Shown here one piece after another: positions 37,853-47,553 of a stretch of DNA of 64,000 nucleotides (position 1 is its first letter; each line of letters opens with the position of its first letter). The translations under genes were made by a program, and so were the position numbers. The stretch is from a virus: IMG/VR virus record IMGVR_UViG_3300027801_001493, positions 1 to 64,000 of that record, one strand, 5' to 3'. The notes under the pieces were generated by a model. The model had not been told where the DNA came from. It did not search any database and worked only from the letters and a program-made list of their open reading frames with translations.

Positions 37853-38659
37853 ATGGACAACACTAACAAAGTGATTATCTGTGGTGATTCCTTCGCTACT
37901 ATCTCAAAGGATCAAGTACTCGAAGAACAATGGGCTCATATACTAGGCAATATAACCCTAGGGAGAACAGGCGCATGTACCACATATATCAAAGCCCAAG
38001 TAAAATATGCTGTGGAACAACTAAATGCAGATAAACTTATCATTTGGTCTACTACACCCGATAGGTTTGTATTTCCTATAACTCCTATCAAGCCTACTAC
38101 AAATACCAGACCAAACTTTGGGCCAAATGGATACAAGCCAGATGATTGGGCCGATGAATTACAATCAGCAGGACCTATACTAGCAAATACTATCCAAACA
38201 CATTTAGATGCTCGTGAGATTAACTATGAGTATCCAGACTACAATCCCATGTGGGCAAGTGATATACTATTAAACTTTTCTGTCCCTAGTGGCCCTTGGA
38301 ATAAACGACAGAAGCATTTAACTGAAGGTCAATACAAAGCCTTTAGAGCCTACTTATTATATCTGTCTGATCCAGAACTACTAAGAACAAACCGTAATAA
38401 CTTAATGGAAACCATATACTATTACTGTATGAAGTCAGGCATAGAAACTGTTATAGTTGATGTATGGTCAAATGAATCTGACAGCACTAATCCTAATTGG
38501 TGGGACGATGTTATAGATGCAGACAACATATCTATCGTAGATGGTTTTCCTAATGATGTTCTAAATCATACTGATTATATATTTGGTCCTACTGCACCTA
38601 GTAATCATTTACTACCTGAAGTACATTCTAGAATAGCCAAATACCTACAACAAATTTAA
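37853..38659 (+). CDS. SGNH hydrolase-like protein
   Basis: ICGDSF, GRTGAC, SNHL...H; GTAAATA at 37841-37847. Confidence 0.55.
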   Translation: MDNTNKVIICGDSFATISKDQVLEEQWAHILGNITLGRTGACTTYIKAQVKYAVEQLNADKLIIWSTTPDRFVFPITPIKPTTNTRPNFGPNGYKPDDWADELQSAGPILANTIQTHLDAREINYEYPDYNPMWASDILLNFSVPSGPWNKRQKHLTEGQYKAFRAYLLYLSDPELLRTNRNNLMETIYYYCMKSGIETVIVDVWSNESDSTNPNWWDDVIDADNISIVDGFPNDVLNHTDYIFGPTAPSNHLLPEVHSRIAKYLQQI

Positions 38660-38662
38660 GTC

Positions 38663-38697
38663 AAAAAAAACCTCCCTTGCCTTGTGAGCTTGGGAGG
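38663..38697 (-). terminator. intrinsic terminator
   Basis: CCTCCC/GGGAGG stem plus T8 on - strand, after the AAA gene. Confidence 0.75.
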
Positions 38698-38763
38698 GTA
38701 AAACACGTTATCGTTTGTAGGAGTAACGATGTAGGATACAACAACGAAGTTTTAATTGTTCAT

Positions 38764-39861
38764 TTAAGAACCTGCTGGGAATAAGTATTTCCAGTAACGG
38801 TCCTTGAACTCCTTTTTGCCTGCTAGTTTGCGAGGCTTAATATCAATGTCATGGTCACTAAGAACAGTCTTAGCAGAGTATATAACTAGCTCTGGTTCAA
38901 AGTTATCCATAATAAAGTCAAAGAACAAATCAACACCTTTATCAAATGCTTTCTCATCATCTCTACTTTGGAGTTCTGCTAGTTCATAGCATAGTCCTAC
39001 AGCAAAGGAGTACTGAGCTGACTTCTCTTTAATGTTAAGTTTCTTAACTTGCCCGTTGAGGACATCTTCTGGATTAGGTAACTGGCTACTAATCTTTCTG
39101 TGTTCACAGAACTTAATTGCCATGCCTTCTCCAATTGCTCCTGCAACTTCCGCCTTCTGTTGGAATGCTGATGCAGTATCAAAACCTTCTGTATTAAGTA
39201 TTTCACTTACATAGTTCCACGAACGAGGTGTAGCAAACGATTGACTTGATGTCTTAGGATCAAAGTCAAACAAATCTGCTTTACTATATGTAAGGTAACC
39301 AATAACATCTTGGTGTACTTTATTGTTAGTAGCCCAAATGCTCCAATCTTCGAAGTTCACTTCCATGTTAATGTGTCTGAACCTGTTGCTCAAAGGACTA
39401 GGCATTCTATAAGTAACACCTCTATCAGTCTCTCTGTTACCTGCCGCTACAATTTTAACATTGCCTGGCATCTCATATTGACCAATCTTTCCATTAAGGA
39501 CTAACTGGTAAGCCGCCGCTTGTACACTTGGGGGTGCAGAGTTAAGCTCATCTAAAAATACTATAATAGTATCATACTCATCTGCCAACGCTTGAGTTGG
39601 AAGGTCAGCCGGTGGAGCCCACTCCATTGTGTTGTTTTCTGGATTACGGAACGGATAACCTCTAAGGTCAGTTGGTTCCATTAATGCTAGACGCATATCA
39701 ATCATATGACATTTGCCTAATTCACCTGAATCAGCAATTTGCTGAACAAGTTCTGATTTACCAATTCCGGGAGGACCCCATAAGAAAATTGGTCTGTTTG
39801 CCTTCATCGCTCTAAGAACGATATCTTTTGTGTCACTTGGACGGACTTGTAAAGTTTCCAT
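38764..39861 (-). CDS. MoxR/dynein-related AAA+ ATPase
   Basis: GPPGIGKS, FLDELN, AAGN, NRF. Confidence 0.9.
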   Translation of the reverse strand: METLQVRPSDTKDIVLRAMKANRPIFLWGPPGIGKSELVQQIADSGELGKCHMIDMRLALMEPTDLRGYPFRNPENNTMEWAPPADLPTQALADEYDTIIVFLDELNSAPPSVQAAAYQLVLNGKIGQYEMPGNVKIVAAGNRETDRGVTYRMPSPLSNRFRHINMEVNFEDWSIWATNNKVHQDVIGYLTYSKADLFDFDPKTSSQSFATPRSWNYVSEILNTEGFDTASAFQQKAEVAGAIGEGMAIKFCEHRKISSQLPNPEDVLNGQVKKLNIKEKSAQYSFAVGLCYELAELQSRDDEKAFDKGVDLFFDFIMDNFEPELVIYSAKTVLSDHDIDIKPRKLAGKKEFKDRYWKYLFPAGS

Positions 39862-39910
39862 ATATTACTCCTACGTAATGTTATTATGTTATTTCCTAAC
39901 TATGTATACT

Positions 39911-39938
39911 ATTATACTGGTATTTTAATCAAAGTCAA
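39911..39938 (-). promoter_or_regulatory. sigma70 promoter
   Basis: AAAAAGGTTGACT-N16-TATAAT. Confidence 0.7.
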
Positions 39939-40362
39939 CCTTTTTCTGCAAATCTAACCAAATTTTCTGCAAATCGTCCCTTAATTCTGCCATTTCTTCT
40001 ACTCGCATCTCTTGATTTAGCCTAAACATCATACGTTCTATGTTCTTTATGTATTCAAAACTTAAATCTAGATACTGCTCACATTTTGTTATGTGGTCAT
40101 CCAATTCTTCTACACTGAATTCACCTACGAACTCATACTCACTGTCCTTCATAAACAGTTTGTGTGCTAAATCTGGTTTCTCATCAAACAAAAATGATTC
40201 AAAATCTTTTCGTTGTTCTGGGCTTAGTTGTCCTACTAGGTCGTCAAGAACCTCTCGGACAATTAAGCCAATCATCCTAGGGTCTTGTTCAGTGTTAGAC
40301 TTTGTGGGGAAAGGAATGACATTATCTTTGCCATTCCCATCGCCGTCTTTTTTATCTACCAT
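39925..40362 (-). CDS. hypothetical protein
   Basis: ORF track; NVIPFP motif. Confidence 0.65.
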   Translation of the reverse strand: MVDKKDGDGNGKDNVIPFPTKSNTEQDPRMIGLIVREVLDDLVGQLSPEQRKDFESFLFDEKPDLAHKLFMKDSEYEFVGEFSVEELDDHITKCEQYLDLSFEYIKNIERMMFRLNQEMRVEEMAELRDDLQKIWLDLQKKVDFD

Positions 40363-40886
40363 ACTCGTGTCATCACCGTAATAATTTCACCAACTTCTGG
40401 TCTGAAGTCTCTGTGAACATTTACTCTAGTACCATTTTGTAAGGTACCGGTTACACCATATCCAATAATAACTGGAGCATTATAAGGTACTGTATTAATT
40501 ACAGTCTCAATTTTACACTCAGCACCTCTTTGGTTATTGTGATCCATATTATTGCCAATCCTATTACCTAATAGTCCTGCAACAATTTTACCTGCATCAC
40601 TGGCGCCAAGTTCATCTGCAATAGCAACTCCAACACCTGCACCAACTAATCCACTTGTAGAACCAAATCCACGTTCTGTTATTTGTTCAAGAACTCCTTT
40701 TGAATTCCTTTTATAACAAACCTTTTCTCTACTCTCTACATCTTTGTAAACAGTTCTAAGACTAGTAAGCTCGTTAACATTGTCAACGGTCATTGTTTGT
40801 TGGAATACTTGTTCACTCCACGCAACTGGTGATAGCATGAACATAATCATACCAATTAATATTAAATTTACATACCTGTTATTCAT
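40356..40886 (-). CDS. secreted glycine-zipper 2TM protein
   Basis: Signal peptide; GLVGAGVG...GLLGNRIG. Confidence 0.75.
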   Translation of the reverse strand: MNNRYVNLILIGMIMFMLSPVAWSEQVFQQTMTVDNVNELTSLRTVYKDVESREKVCYKRNSKGVLEQITERGFGSTSGLVGAGVGVAIADELGASDAGKIVAGLLGNRIGNNMDHNNQRGAECKIETVINTVPYNAPVIIGYGVTGTLQNGTRVNVHRDFRPEVGEIITVMTRVW

Positions 40887-40990
40887 AAAATTACTCCTTT
40901 TATTAACTTTAAGTGCTTATTATTGCACCTTTTGTATGTAAAGTCAACCTTTTTCTTCCAAATTATCTGGCGCCACCCTTCATAGGAATC

Positions 40991-41191
40991 TTAGTCATAT
41001 TGCTCCTTATCCGTATGGTTTTTGATATACTCTCTAATTGCTGTTAAAACTGCAGATTCTAGTAAGATAGCCACTGTCTCTGGATCTATATCTAATGTTA
41101 GTCTAGCAGTACCATCTGGTTGCTCGTCAATTTCAATTACTTCTATGCTCACAGTTTGTCTCCTCCGTGTCCTGTGGGTTGTAATGTCCAC
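40991..41191 (-). CDS. hypothetical protein
   Basis: ORF track; E.PDGTA. Confidence 0.55.
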   Translation of the reverse strand: MDITTHRTRRRQTVSIEVIEIDEQPDGTARLTLDIDPETVAILLESAVLTAIREYIKNHTDKEQYD

Positions 41192-41433
41192 CGGTCATGT
41201 ACTACTTCACATACAGTACACTTCCAGTAACTGATACCATCGTATTTGCCTCGTACTTCAATGCCAATTACGTTTTTACCAAAATGTTTTGGGCTGTCTG
41301 GTGTACACCCATACATTGCACCTGACTGTAATGCTTTACGCCTAGTATAGCCTTTACGTTCAAAGTGTTCAGTAATCGTTTCCTCTTCTTCCCATGCAAT
41401 ATTGCAACTTGGACATTGACTTGGACTACTCAT
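41149..41433 (-). CDS. Cys-rich hypothetical protein
   Basis: CPSC...YDG..YW.CTVC; GAGG SD. Confidence 0.7.
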   Translation of the reverse strand: MSSPSQCPSCNIAWEEEETITEHFERKGYTRRKALQSGAMYGCTPDSPKHFGKNVIGIEVRGKYDGISYWKCTVCEVVHDRWTLQPTGHGGDKL

Positions 41434-41454
41434 ATGCTTTCCTCTTTGTTAATT

Positions 41455-41531
41455 TGGTGGGCCCGGAGTGACTCGAACACTCGACCTGCCGATTATGAGT
41501 CGGATGCTCTAACCAACTGAGCTACAGGCCC
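41455..41531 (-). tRNA. tRNA-Ile2(CAT), lysidine type (Met not excluded)
   Basis: GGGCCTG...GACTCATAATC...GTTCGAGT...ACCA, resembles bacterial Ile2. Confidence 0.88.
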
Positions 41532-41540
41532 AAATTTATT

Positions 41541-41577
41541 GCTCTCTGTTTTTACCCTGGGAGAGCCTTACCAGAAT
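41541..41577 (-). ncRNA. predicted H-type pseudoknot in the tRNA-Leu/tRNA-Ile spacer
   Basis: ATTCTGG-TAAG-GCTCTC-CCAGGGT-AAAAACA-GAGAGC. Confidence 0.55.
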
Positions 41578-41578
41578 G

Positions 41579-41665
41579 TGGTACCCGGAGACGGACTTGA
41601 ACCGTCAAGACCTTACGGTCGGCAGATTTTAAGTCTGCTGTGTTTACCAATTTCACCACCCGGGC
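41579..41665 (-). tRNA. tRNA-Leu(TAA)
   Basis: Long variable arm, CT-TAA-AA loop, encoded CCA. Confidence 0.95.
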
Positions 41666-41666
41666 A

Positions 41667-41918
41667 TTAATCTTTGTTGTTGTGTACAATAAATGACAGA
41701 CTCATGTCTTCATAATCATCATCGTCCCATACATCGCTTGTATCACACGGTACAAATTCTATACAACCGTCATCGTTAATCATTATAACGAGTAAGTCTC
41801 CAACACTAGCCTTAATGTGTTCTAGTGTAAGTTCTTTATCCATTATAATTGTTCCATTTGGTGCTACATCAAAGTGATAATCTAAAAATTTCACGTTAGG
41901 GTTCCTCTTTACATGCAT
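41667..41918 (-). CDS. hypothetical protein between tRNAs
   Basis: ORF track; fills the tRNA-Arg/tRNA-Leu gap. Confidence 0.6.
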   Translation of the reverse strand: MHVKRNPNVKFLDYHFDVAPNGTIIMDKELTLEHIKASVGDLLVIMINDDGCIEFVPCDTSDVWDDDDYEDMSLSFIVHNNKD

Positions 41919-41924
41919 TGTGTT

Positions 41925-42001
41925 TGGTCCGCCCTCCAGGATTCGAACCTGGGACCTACGGTTTAGAAGACCGTTGTTCTATCCAACTGAACTAAGAGCG
42001 G
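41925..42001 (-). tRNA. tRNA-Arg(TCT)
   Basis: CT-TCT-AA loop, A20, GTTCGAAT, encoded CCA. Confidence 0.95.
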
Positions 42002-42030
42002 ATAATTCCTTTATTGCTTAAGATGTTGTT

Positions 42031-42058
42031 ATAATAACATCTATAGCGGATAAGTCAA
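42031..42058 (-). promoter_or_regulatory. sigma70 promoter for the tRNA operon
   Basis: TTGACT-N16-TATTAT. Confidence 0.55.
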
Positions 42059-42081
42059 CATTTATTTTAGATATTTTACCC

Positions 42082-42110
42082 AAAAAAAAGCACTCCGTAG
42101 AGTGCTTTTT
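42082..42110 (-). terminator. intrinsic terminator (likely bidirectional)
   Basis: GCACTC-TACG-GAGTGC plus T8; T5 on the other strand. Confidence 0.85.
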
Positions 42111-42132
42111 AATGTTAAGTTATTAACTTGGT

Positions 42133-45100
42133 TTATGTGTTGTAAACATATTCAACTGTTACTGTCGCCGCACCTGCAGTGGCTACTGCCGCTGTTGATC
42201 CGTTTGACTGTACAACGTCTAACTGCAGAGTCGTCCCTGAAGTTAAAGGCTCCATTCCTAAGTCAAGTACATAAGTACCTGATACTGTAGGATCAGCCTG
42301 AGCCGCTGTAACGTAAGTAGTTTCACTACCTTCATTATCAGTAATCTTAAACCCATCTACTGAACCACCTGACCAAGCAGTCGAAACTTTAATCACTGCC
42401 TTATTGGCAAAGTAGCTTCTTCCACTTACTGTTGGTATAGCACCAATTGTGAACACTGATGTAGAACTATCTGCTGTTGCAGTTGCTCTTATAATACCAT
42501 CGTCCTGTGCTACTACTGAAGCATCAACGTATGCTTTAACAGATTGCTGTGTTGGAACTAATGTTGCACTATCACTAGCCATATTGTCTTCGTCGACAAA
42601 AGCTGTAATAGATAAACTACCATCACTTAAACTTGCAAAAGTTACAGTACCTGCTTTAAGATTAGCATCATTTAATGTTAAATCACCTGTGCTTGATCCT
42701 GTTGCTGATGTTGTTGCAAACTGGAATTGGTCAGCACTTTCGTCCCACCCAAAGAATGCATTATCATCACTGCCTCTTTCAATAACAATACCAGCATCGC
42801 CTGACGCTGAGCCAGATCTACCAGTTCCAAGTTCTAACAATGTGTCAGAAATTGTTGTGTTAGTTGAAGAAACAGTAGTTGTTGTACCGTTAACTGTTAA
42901 GTTACCTGCTAATGTTAAGTCAGTTGCACCAATAGTTGTTACACCACTTAGAGCACCTGCTGTCATTGTAGCAGTTCCGTCTGTTATTGAACCACCTTGT
43001 ACTGCACCAGAGAATGTACCTGCGACCATACTTGTTAAAGAAGTGTCTAGGTTTAATGTAACTGCATCGCCTGACACTACTGAAGTAATGTTAGTTCCGC
43101 CTGTTACAGTTAATGTATCTCCGCCATCAATTGTAGATGAACCAGTGTCACCAGCTAATGTAAATGATGTAGAAATAGAGGCTGTTGAAGCCGCTGTTAT
43201 TCTACCCTGAGCATCTACTGTTAGTACTGGAATTGCTGTACTACTACCATATGAAGCGGCACTTACTGCCGTATTATCAAGTGTTACAGTTAGTGTGTTA
43301 CCACTACCTGCTGTAGTTAAGCCTGTTCCGCCTGCAATAGTTAAAGTTTCTGTATCAAAATCAATTGCTAAACCGGCTGTTGTCGCATCGTCTGTAAAAG
43401 CCAATGTGTTACCAGTGTTTACCAAAGTGATTTGGTCATCAACATATTTTTTAACTGATTGTTGCGTAGGAATAAGAGTAGCACTATCGCTAGTCATGTC
43501 ATCTTCATCCGCAAAACCTGTAGCAGTAATTGTACCGTCACTTAAAGATCCAAATGTTACTGTTCCAGAAGTACTTAATGCACCAGTTAAACCAGTTATG
43601 GCTCCACCTGTCATTGTTGCTGTTCCGTCAGTTATTGAATCGCCTGTAACTGCACCAGTGGCTGTTACTGTTCCAGTTCCTACTGAAACTAGTCCACTTA
43701 AAGCACCACTTGTTAGTGTTGCTGTGCCATCTGTTAGTGATCCACCTGTAACTGCACCACTAAAGGTACCAGCTACACCACCTGTTAAAGTACCAGAGGC
43801 AATGCTTAAAGCACCGTCTGTGATAGTACCAGCAGTTGTAATTCCACCTGCTGTCAGTGTTCCACTTACTGTTGGTGCATTTACTAAGCCAATAGTAATA
43901 GCATCGTTTGAAACAGTTGTTTCAATTTCGTTACTAGTACCTGCAAAGTTTAATGTTCCACCAGTTGTGAACGTGTCATTCGCTCCTGAGTCAGCACTTA
44001 TTGTAAAGTCAGAACTAATACCTGCAATTTCAGTATCAACGTATGCTTTAACACTTTGTTGTGTTGGCACAGCCGTTGCTGAATCTGAAGACATATTGTC
44101 TTGGTCTAAAAATGCTGTTATTGTAGCACCACTGGCACCAACAAATGAAGCGCCTGTAACTGCCTGAGCATCTACATCGCCTAATCTTAAATTACTTGCT
44201 GTACCTGTGAAGGTGTTTGAGTTTTCTGTAGCATCTGCTATGAAAACAAATTCACTTGCTGAATCATCGTAACCAAAGAAACCTTTCTTTGCCGCTGATC
44301 CATCGTGCCAGTTGAATTTAATACCTCTATCTAAGTTGTCGTCTGAACTAATGCCAGGATCACCTACTTCAAAAATAGGATCGTCAACTTGAACAGTTGT
44401 ACTGTTTACTGTAGTAGTTGTTCCATTTACTGTTAAAGTACCTGAAACTACTGCATCACCAGTAATGTTAACCGTAGCCGATGTAATATCGTCTGAGTTA
44501 AGTGTGCCAGTAACGGTCAAATCGTTTCCGATTGTTACGTCATTGGGTAAACCAATTTGAATTTGGTTGTTTGAAACGGTCGTTTCTATCTCGTTGGTCG
44601 TACCAGCGAAAGTCATTGTGTCAGTACCTACTGTTACTGTATCATCACTTCCGTTATCTGCCGCAATAGTTAATGCAGAAGAAATACTGGCTGTTGAAGC
44701 CGCTGTAATTCTACCTTTTGCATCTACTGTTAGGACAGGAATAGCTGTACTACTACCATAACTTGCCGCACTAACACCAGTATTATCTAATGTTGTTGTT
44801 AGGGTTATGTTTTGACTACCATCAAAAGATGTAGCCGCTCCATCGACGTCGCCGTCAATAGTAATAGTTCTGGCAGTTGCTAATGCTGTTGCTGTATCTG
44901 AATTACCAGTTACATCACCAGTTAGGTCTCCAACAAATCCAGTTGTTGCTGTAATTGTTGTACCGCCGATAGCCGCTTTTGCACTTCCACCAATAATAGT
45001 GCCGTCTATTGCACCACCATCGATATCCACACTATTAGCCGCCTGTGTTGCTATAGTACCTAAACCAAGAGTTGAGATCGCCGCTGTTGCATCAGCATCG

Positions 45101-45402
45101 TCTATAAGACTTCTACCAAATGCACTTATGTCTGCAGATCCAAATGTATTAGCGCCTGTAGTATATAGAATTTTATCTTGTGCTACTGAACTAAGTCCTG
45201 TACCACCTTTTGTTACAGCAATTTCAGTACCTGACCAGGTACCTGCTTGAACTGTTGCAAACTCTACATCTTCCAGAGCTGAACCGTTGTCTTTAAATTG
45301 GAATTTATTGTTGGATGTATCGTAAACTACGAAACCTCCAGACTTTCCAAGTTGAACATCGGCGGCTATACCTTTGATTCCAAAGTTTTTAATATTCGCC
45401 AT
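42133..45402 (-). CDS. large virion fibre / decoration protein
   Basis: 1089 aa, G/T/S/A-rich, internal repeats, preceded by GATAAATA at 45480-45487. Confidence 0.8.
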   Translation of the reverse strand: MANIKNFGIKGIAADVQLGKSGGFVVYDTSNNKFQFKDNGSALEDVEFATVQAGTWSGTEIAVTKGGTGLSSVAQDKILYTTGANTFGSADISAFGRSLIDDADATAAISTLGLGTIATQAANSVDIDGGAIDGTIIGGSAKAAIGGTTITATTGFVGDLTGDVTGNSDTATALATARTITIDGDVDGAATSFDGSQNITLTTTLDNTGVSAASYGSSTAIPVLTVDAKGRITAASTASISSALTIAADNGSDDTVTVGTDTMTFAGTTNEIETTVSNNQIQIGLPNDVTIGNDLTVTGTLNSDDITSATVNITGDAVVSGTLTVNGTTTTVNSTTVQVDDPIFEVGDPGISSDDNLDRGIKFNWHDGSAAKKGFFGYDDSASEFVFIADATENSNTFTGTASNLRLGDVDAQAVTGASFVGASGATITAFLDQDNMSSDSATAVPTQQSVKAYVDTEIAGISSDFTISADSGANDTFTTGGTLNFAGTSNEIETTVSNDAITIGLVNAPTVSGTLTAGGITTAGTITDGALSIASGTLTGGVAGTFSGAVTGGSLTDGTATLTSGALSGLVSVGTGTVTATGAVTGDSITDGTATMTGGAITGLTGALSTSGTVTFGSLSDGTITATGFADEDDMTSDSATLIPTQQSVKKYVDDQITLVNTGNTLAFTDDATTAGLAIDFDTETLTIAGGTGLTTAGSGNTLTVTLDNTAVSAASYGSSTAIPVLTVDAQGRITAASTASISTSFTLAGDTGSSTIDGGDTLTVTGGTNITSVVSGDAVTLNLDTSLTSMVAGTFSGAVQGGSITDGTATMTAGALSGVTTIGATDLTLAGNLTVNGTTTTVSSTNTTISDTLLELGTGRSGSASGDAGIVIERGSDDNAFFGWDESADQFQFATTSATGSSTGDLTLNDANLKAGTVTFASLSDGSLSITAFVDEDNMASDSATLVPTQQSVKAYVDASVVAQDDGIIRATATADSSTSVFTIGAIPTVSGRSYFANKAVIKVSTAWSGGSVDGFKITDNEGSETTYVTAAQADPTVSGTYVLDLGMEPLTSGTTLQLDVVQSNGSTAAVATAGAATVTVEYVYNT
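42525..44110 (-). repeat. three copies of an F.D.D.M.SDSAT..PTQQSVK.YVD module
   Basis: Copies at about 42525-42605, 43435-43515 and 44035-44110. Confidence 0.85.
43171..44790 (-). repeat. two copies of the LDNT.VSAASYGSSTAIPVLTVDA.GRITAASTASIS module
   Basis: About 43171-43281 and 44681-44790; third divergent copy near 48000-48090. Confidence 0.85.
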
Positions 45403-45515
45403 CTTGTTACTCCTTAAGGATTATTTTTATCAATATTGATGTACAAGAATATGACTCCCGTCATAGATTTATACAACTATATTTATCGTATCTTAAGGGT
45501 TATTGGGGGTTATGC

Positions 45516-47549
45516 CTAGACGTAGGTAACTGTTATCTTACCTGCTCCGAGTGTTGCTCCGGAGTGTGTAATTTTAGCTCTAAGTGTTAGTTCGCTGTTT
45601 TGACTTGCTGGATAAACATAGTTAGGATTAGCAGTATAAGTACCATTAGAACTTAGGTCACTTTCATCACCTTCCATGTAAGCATTTATGTCTGAAGTAT
45701 CGCCTACTTCTATAATTGGTGTTGTGCCTGAGAAGTTGCTGTACGGTGTAGTTACTTCAACACCTATGTCTACAATTCTTGCTCCAGGTGATATGTTGCC
45801 TAGTGTTATTGTTTCGACACCACCAAAGCCTCCGCCTGGTGTTTCTAGTGTGAACGTTAATGTTTGAGCATCAGTTGCCGCACTATCTTGGTTACCTATT
45901 TCTACCCATGCACTACCATCATAAACATACATTGCCCATTCGGCATCTCCACTATCAGTAACATAAGCCATGTCGCCCACTTGTGGACTTAGTGCATCTC
46001 TACCGGCAATGTTTGCCACCACAGTTGTACCAGCACTTCTAACTCCATGCTCTACATAAAGTCCTAAAGGAAACTGTCCATTGTGTACACTTGTTAATCC
46101 AAAGTCTGCAATTGGTGTGCCTAGCTTTTCTTCTAAGTCAATAGCACCACCATCTGTTCTAGTAAGTCTTAATAACTTACCTGTACTTGAAACTGTAGTT
46201 GTAGGTAGTCCAGTAATACTGTTGTCTCCTGCAAAAACTACACTTGCCTGTGCATCTGCTTGTACATTAAAAATGTTTATAGCATTACCACTTGCTTCTT
46301 CTAGTTTTAATCTACCGTCGCCAAGTATTGTTGTGGTTAAGTTATCAACAGCCAAAGCATCTATAACTGTTTTAATGTCTGTGCCATTAGCAATACCGGC
46401 ACCATATTGTGCATTACCACTTGGTGCTGTTGTTACGTTGACTAGTACATTGCCTGCACCAGTATTAATATTAGCACTAAATGGAATGTATCCACCTAAT
46501 AGTCCGTAACTATAATCACTAGTATCCGATGTTGCGTTTGTTGGTACAGGTGCCTCTGTGGCTGTAACAAACGTGTTTGAAGCACTTGTAATGTCTGTTA
46601 CAGCATTTGATATGCTTGTACCAGTACTAAGTGTTACATTAACACCATTAATTTCCATTACGTTGTTTTGAGTAGTTGTAGCATTAGATATGTTTCCTGT
46701 TGCTACAGAGTTTACTGCGTCCTTAATCTTTAAGAACATTATCTTACCTGTATCTGTAGTAGTTAAGTCGCCGTCTGTGTCAGCATATATAAAACTACCT
46801 ATACTTCCTGGCAAAGCAGGATTGAAATCTATAATTTGGTTTTGTGGTTTAACTTTAAATCTATCTGGTCCTGGACCTACATAACTTACAACACCAATTG
46901 TTCTGGATATCGTAGATGCATTTGCTTTTTCATAAGTACCACCAGTAGTAACTACAACAACATCTCCTCTAGCAAAACTATGTCCTGTCTTTGCTAACGG
47001 AAAATGTTCTGCTGGATTCATATATTCGAATCTACTAACAATGTTTGGATAAAAATCTGCACTTACAACACTTGCTGGAAGTGGATCTATCATAGGCATG
47101 CCTTCACCATTCAGTGTGAACAATACGCCTGTACCTGGTACACTAAATATTGGTGAACCTGTACTACTTCTAAACACATTATATCTATCTACATCTTCTG
47201 CAACACAAACAACTGTGGTTGCATTCTTACTTGTAATTGAAACTATCTGGAGACATTTTCCGTCCTGTGAGCCTGATACCCAGTCGCCAACACTTACATC
47301 CATGCCGTTATATTTTCTATGTTCTCTAGTCTTATGTGAACCATGTGTATATTCTGTAACTGTGAATGTCAAAGTATATTGATATGGTTTTGCTGAGCCG
47401 CCACCTGACCACCAAGGATCACCTAAGCCGTCATTGTGTTCCCAATTCTTATATGCAGATGCTAATGTATAAGACAGTTGTAAAACCTTTGCTGGTTTAT
47501 AAACGTCTAATGTTGAGTCTGCACTTTTATTAAATATTATTTCTGCCAT
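45516..47549 (-). CDS. virion structural protein
   Basis: 677 aa; C-terminal domain resembles that of 42133..45402. Confidence 0.7.
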   Translation of the reverse strand: MAEIIFNKSADSTLDVYKPAKVLQLSYTLASAYKNWEHNDGLGDPWWSGGGSAKPYQYTLTFTVTEYTHGSHKTREHRKYNGMDVSVGDWVSGSQDGKCLQIVSITSKNATTVVCVAEDVDRYNVFRSSTGSPIFSVPGTGVLFTLNGEGMPMIDPLPASVVSADFYPNIVSRFEYMNPAEHFPLAKTGHSFARGDVVVVTTGGTYEKANASTISRTIGVVSYVGPGPDRFKVKPQNQIIDFNPALPGSIGSFIYADTDGDLTTTDTGKIMFLKIKDAVNSVATGNISNATTTQNNVMEINGVNVTLSTGTSISNAVTDITSASNTFVTATEAPVPTNATSDTSDYSYGLLGGYIPFSANINTGAGNVLVNVTTAPSGNAQYGAGIANGTDIKTVIDALAVDNLTTTILGDGRLKLEEASGNAINIFNVQADAQASVVFAGDNSITGLPTTTVSSTGKLLRLTRTDGGAIDLEEKLGTPIADFGLTSVHNGQFPLGLYVEHGVRSAGTTVVANIAGRDALSPQVGDMAYVTDSGDAEWAMYVYDGSAWVEIGNQDSAATDAQTLTFTLETPGGGFGGVETITLGNISPGARIVDIGVEVTTPYSNFSGTTPIIEVGDTSDINAYMEGDESDLSSNGTYTANPNYVYPASQNSELTLRAKITHSGATLGAGKITVTYV

Positions 47550-47553
47550 TGGT

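Noticed and set aside
41532-41578. Theta/HDV-like ribozyme or preQ1 riboswitch
   Set aside because: No P3/L3, P1.1 or catalytic C junction; loop lacks preQ1-I consensus. Kept only as a generic pseudoknot.
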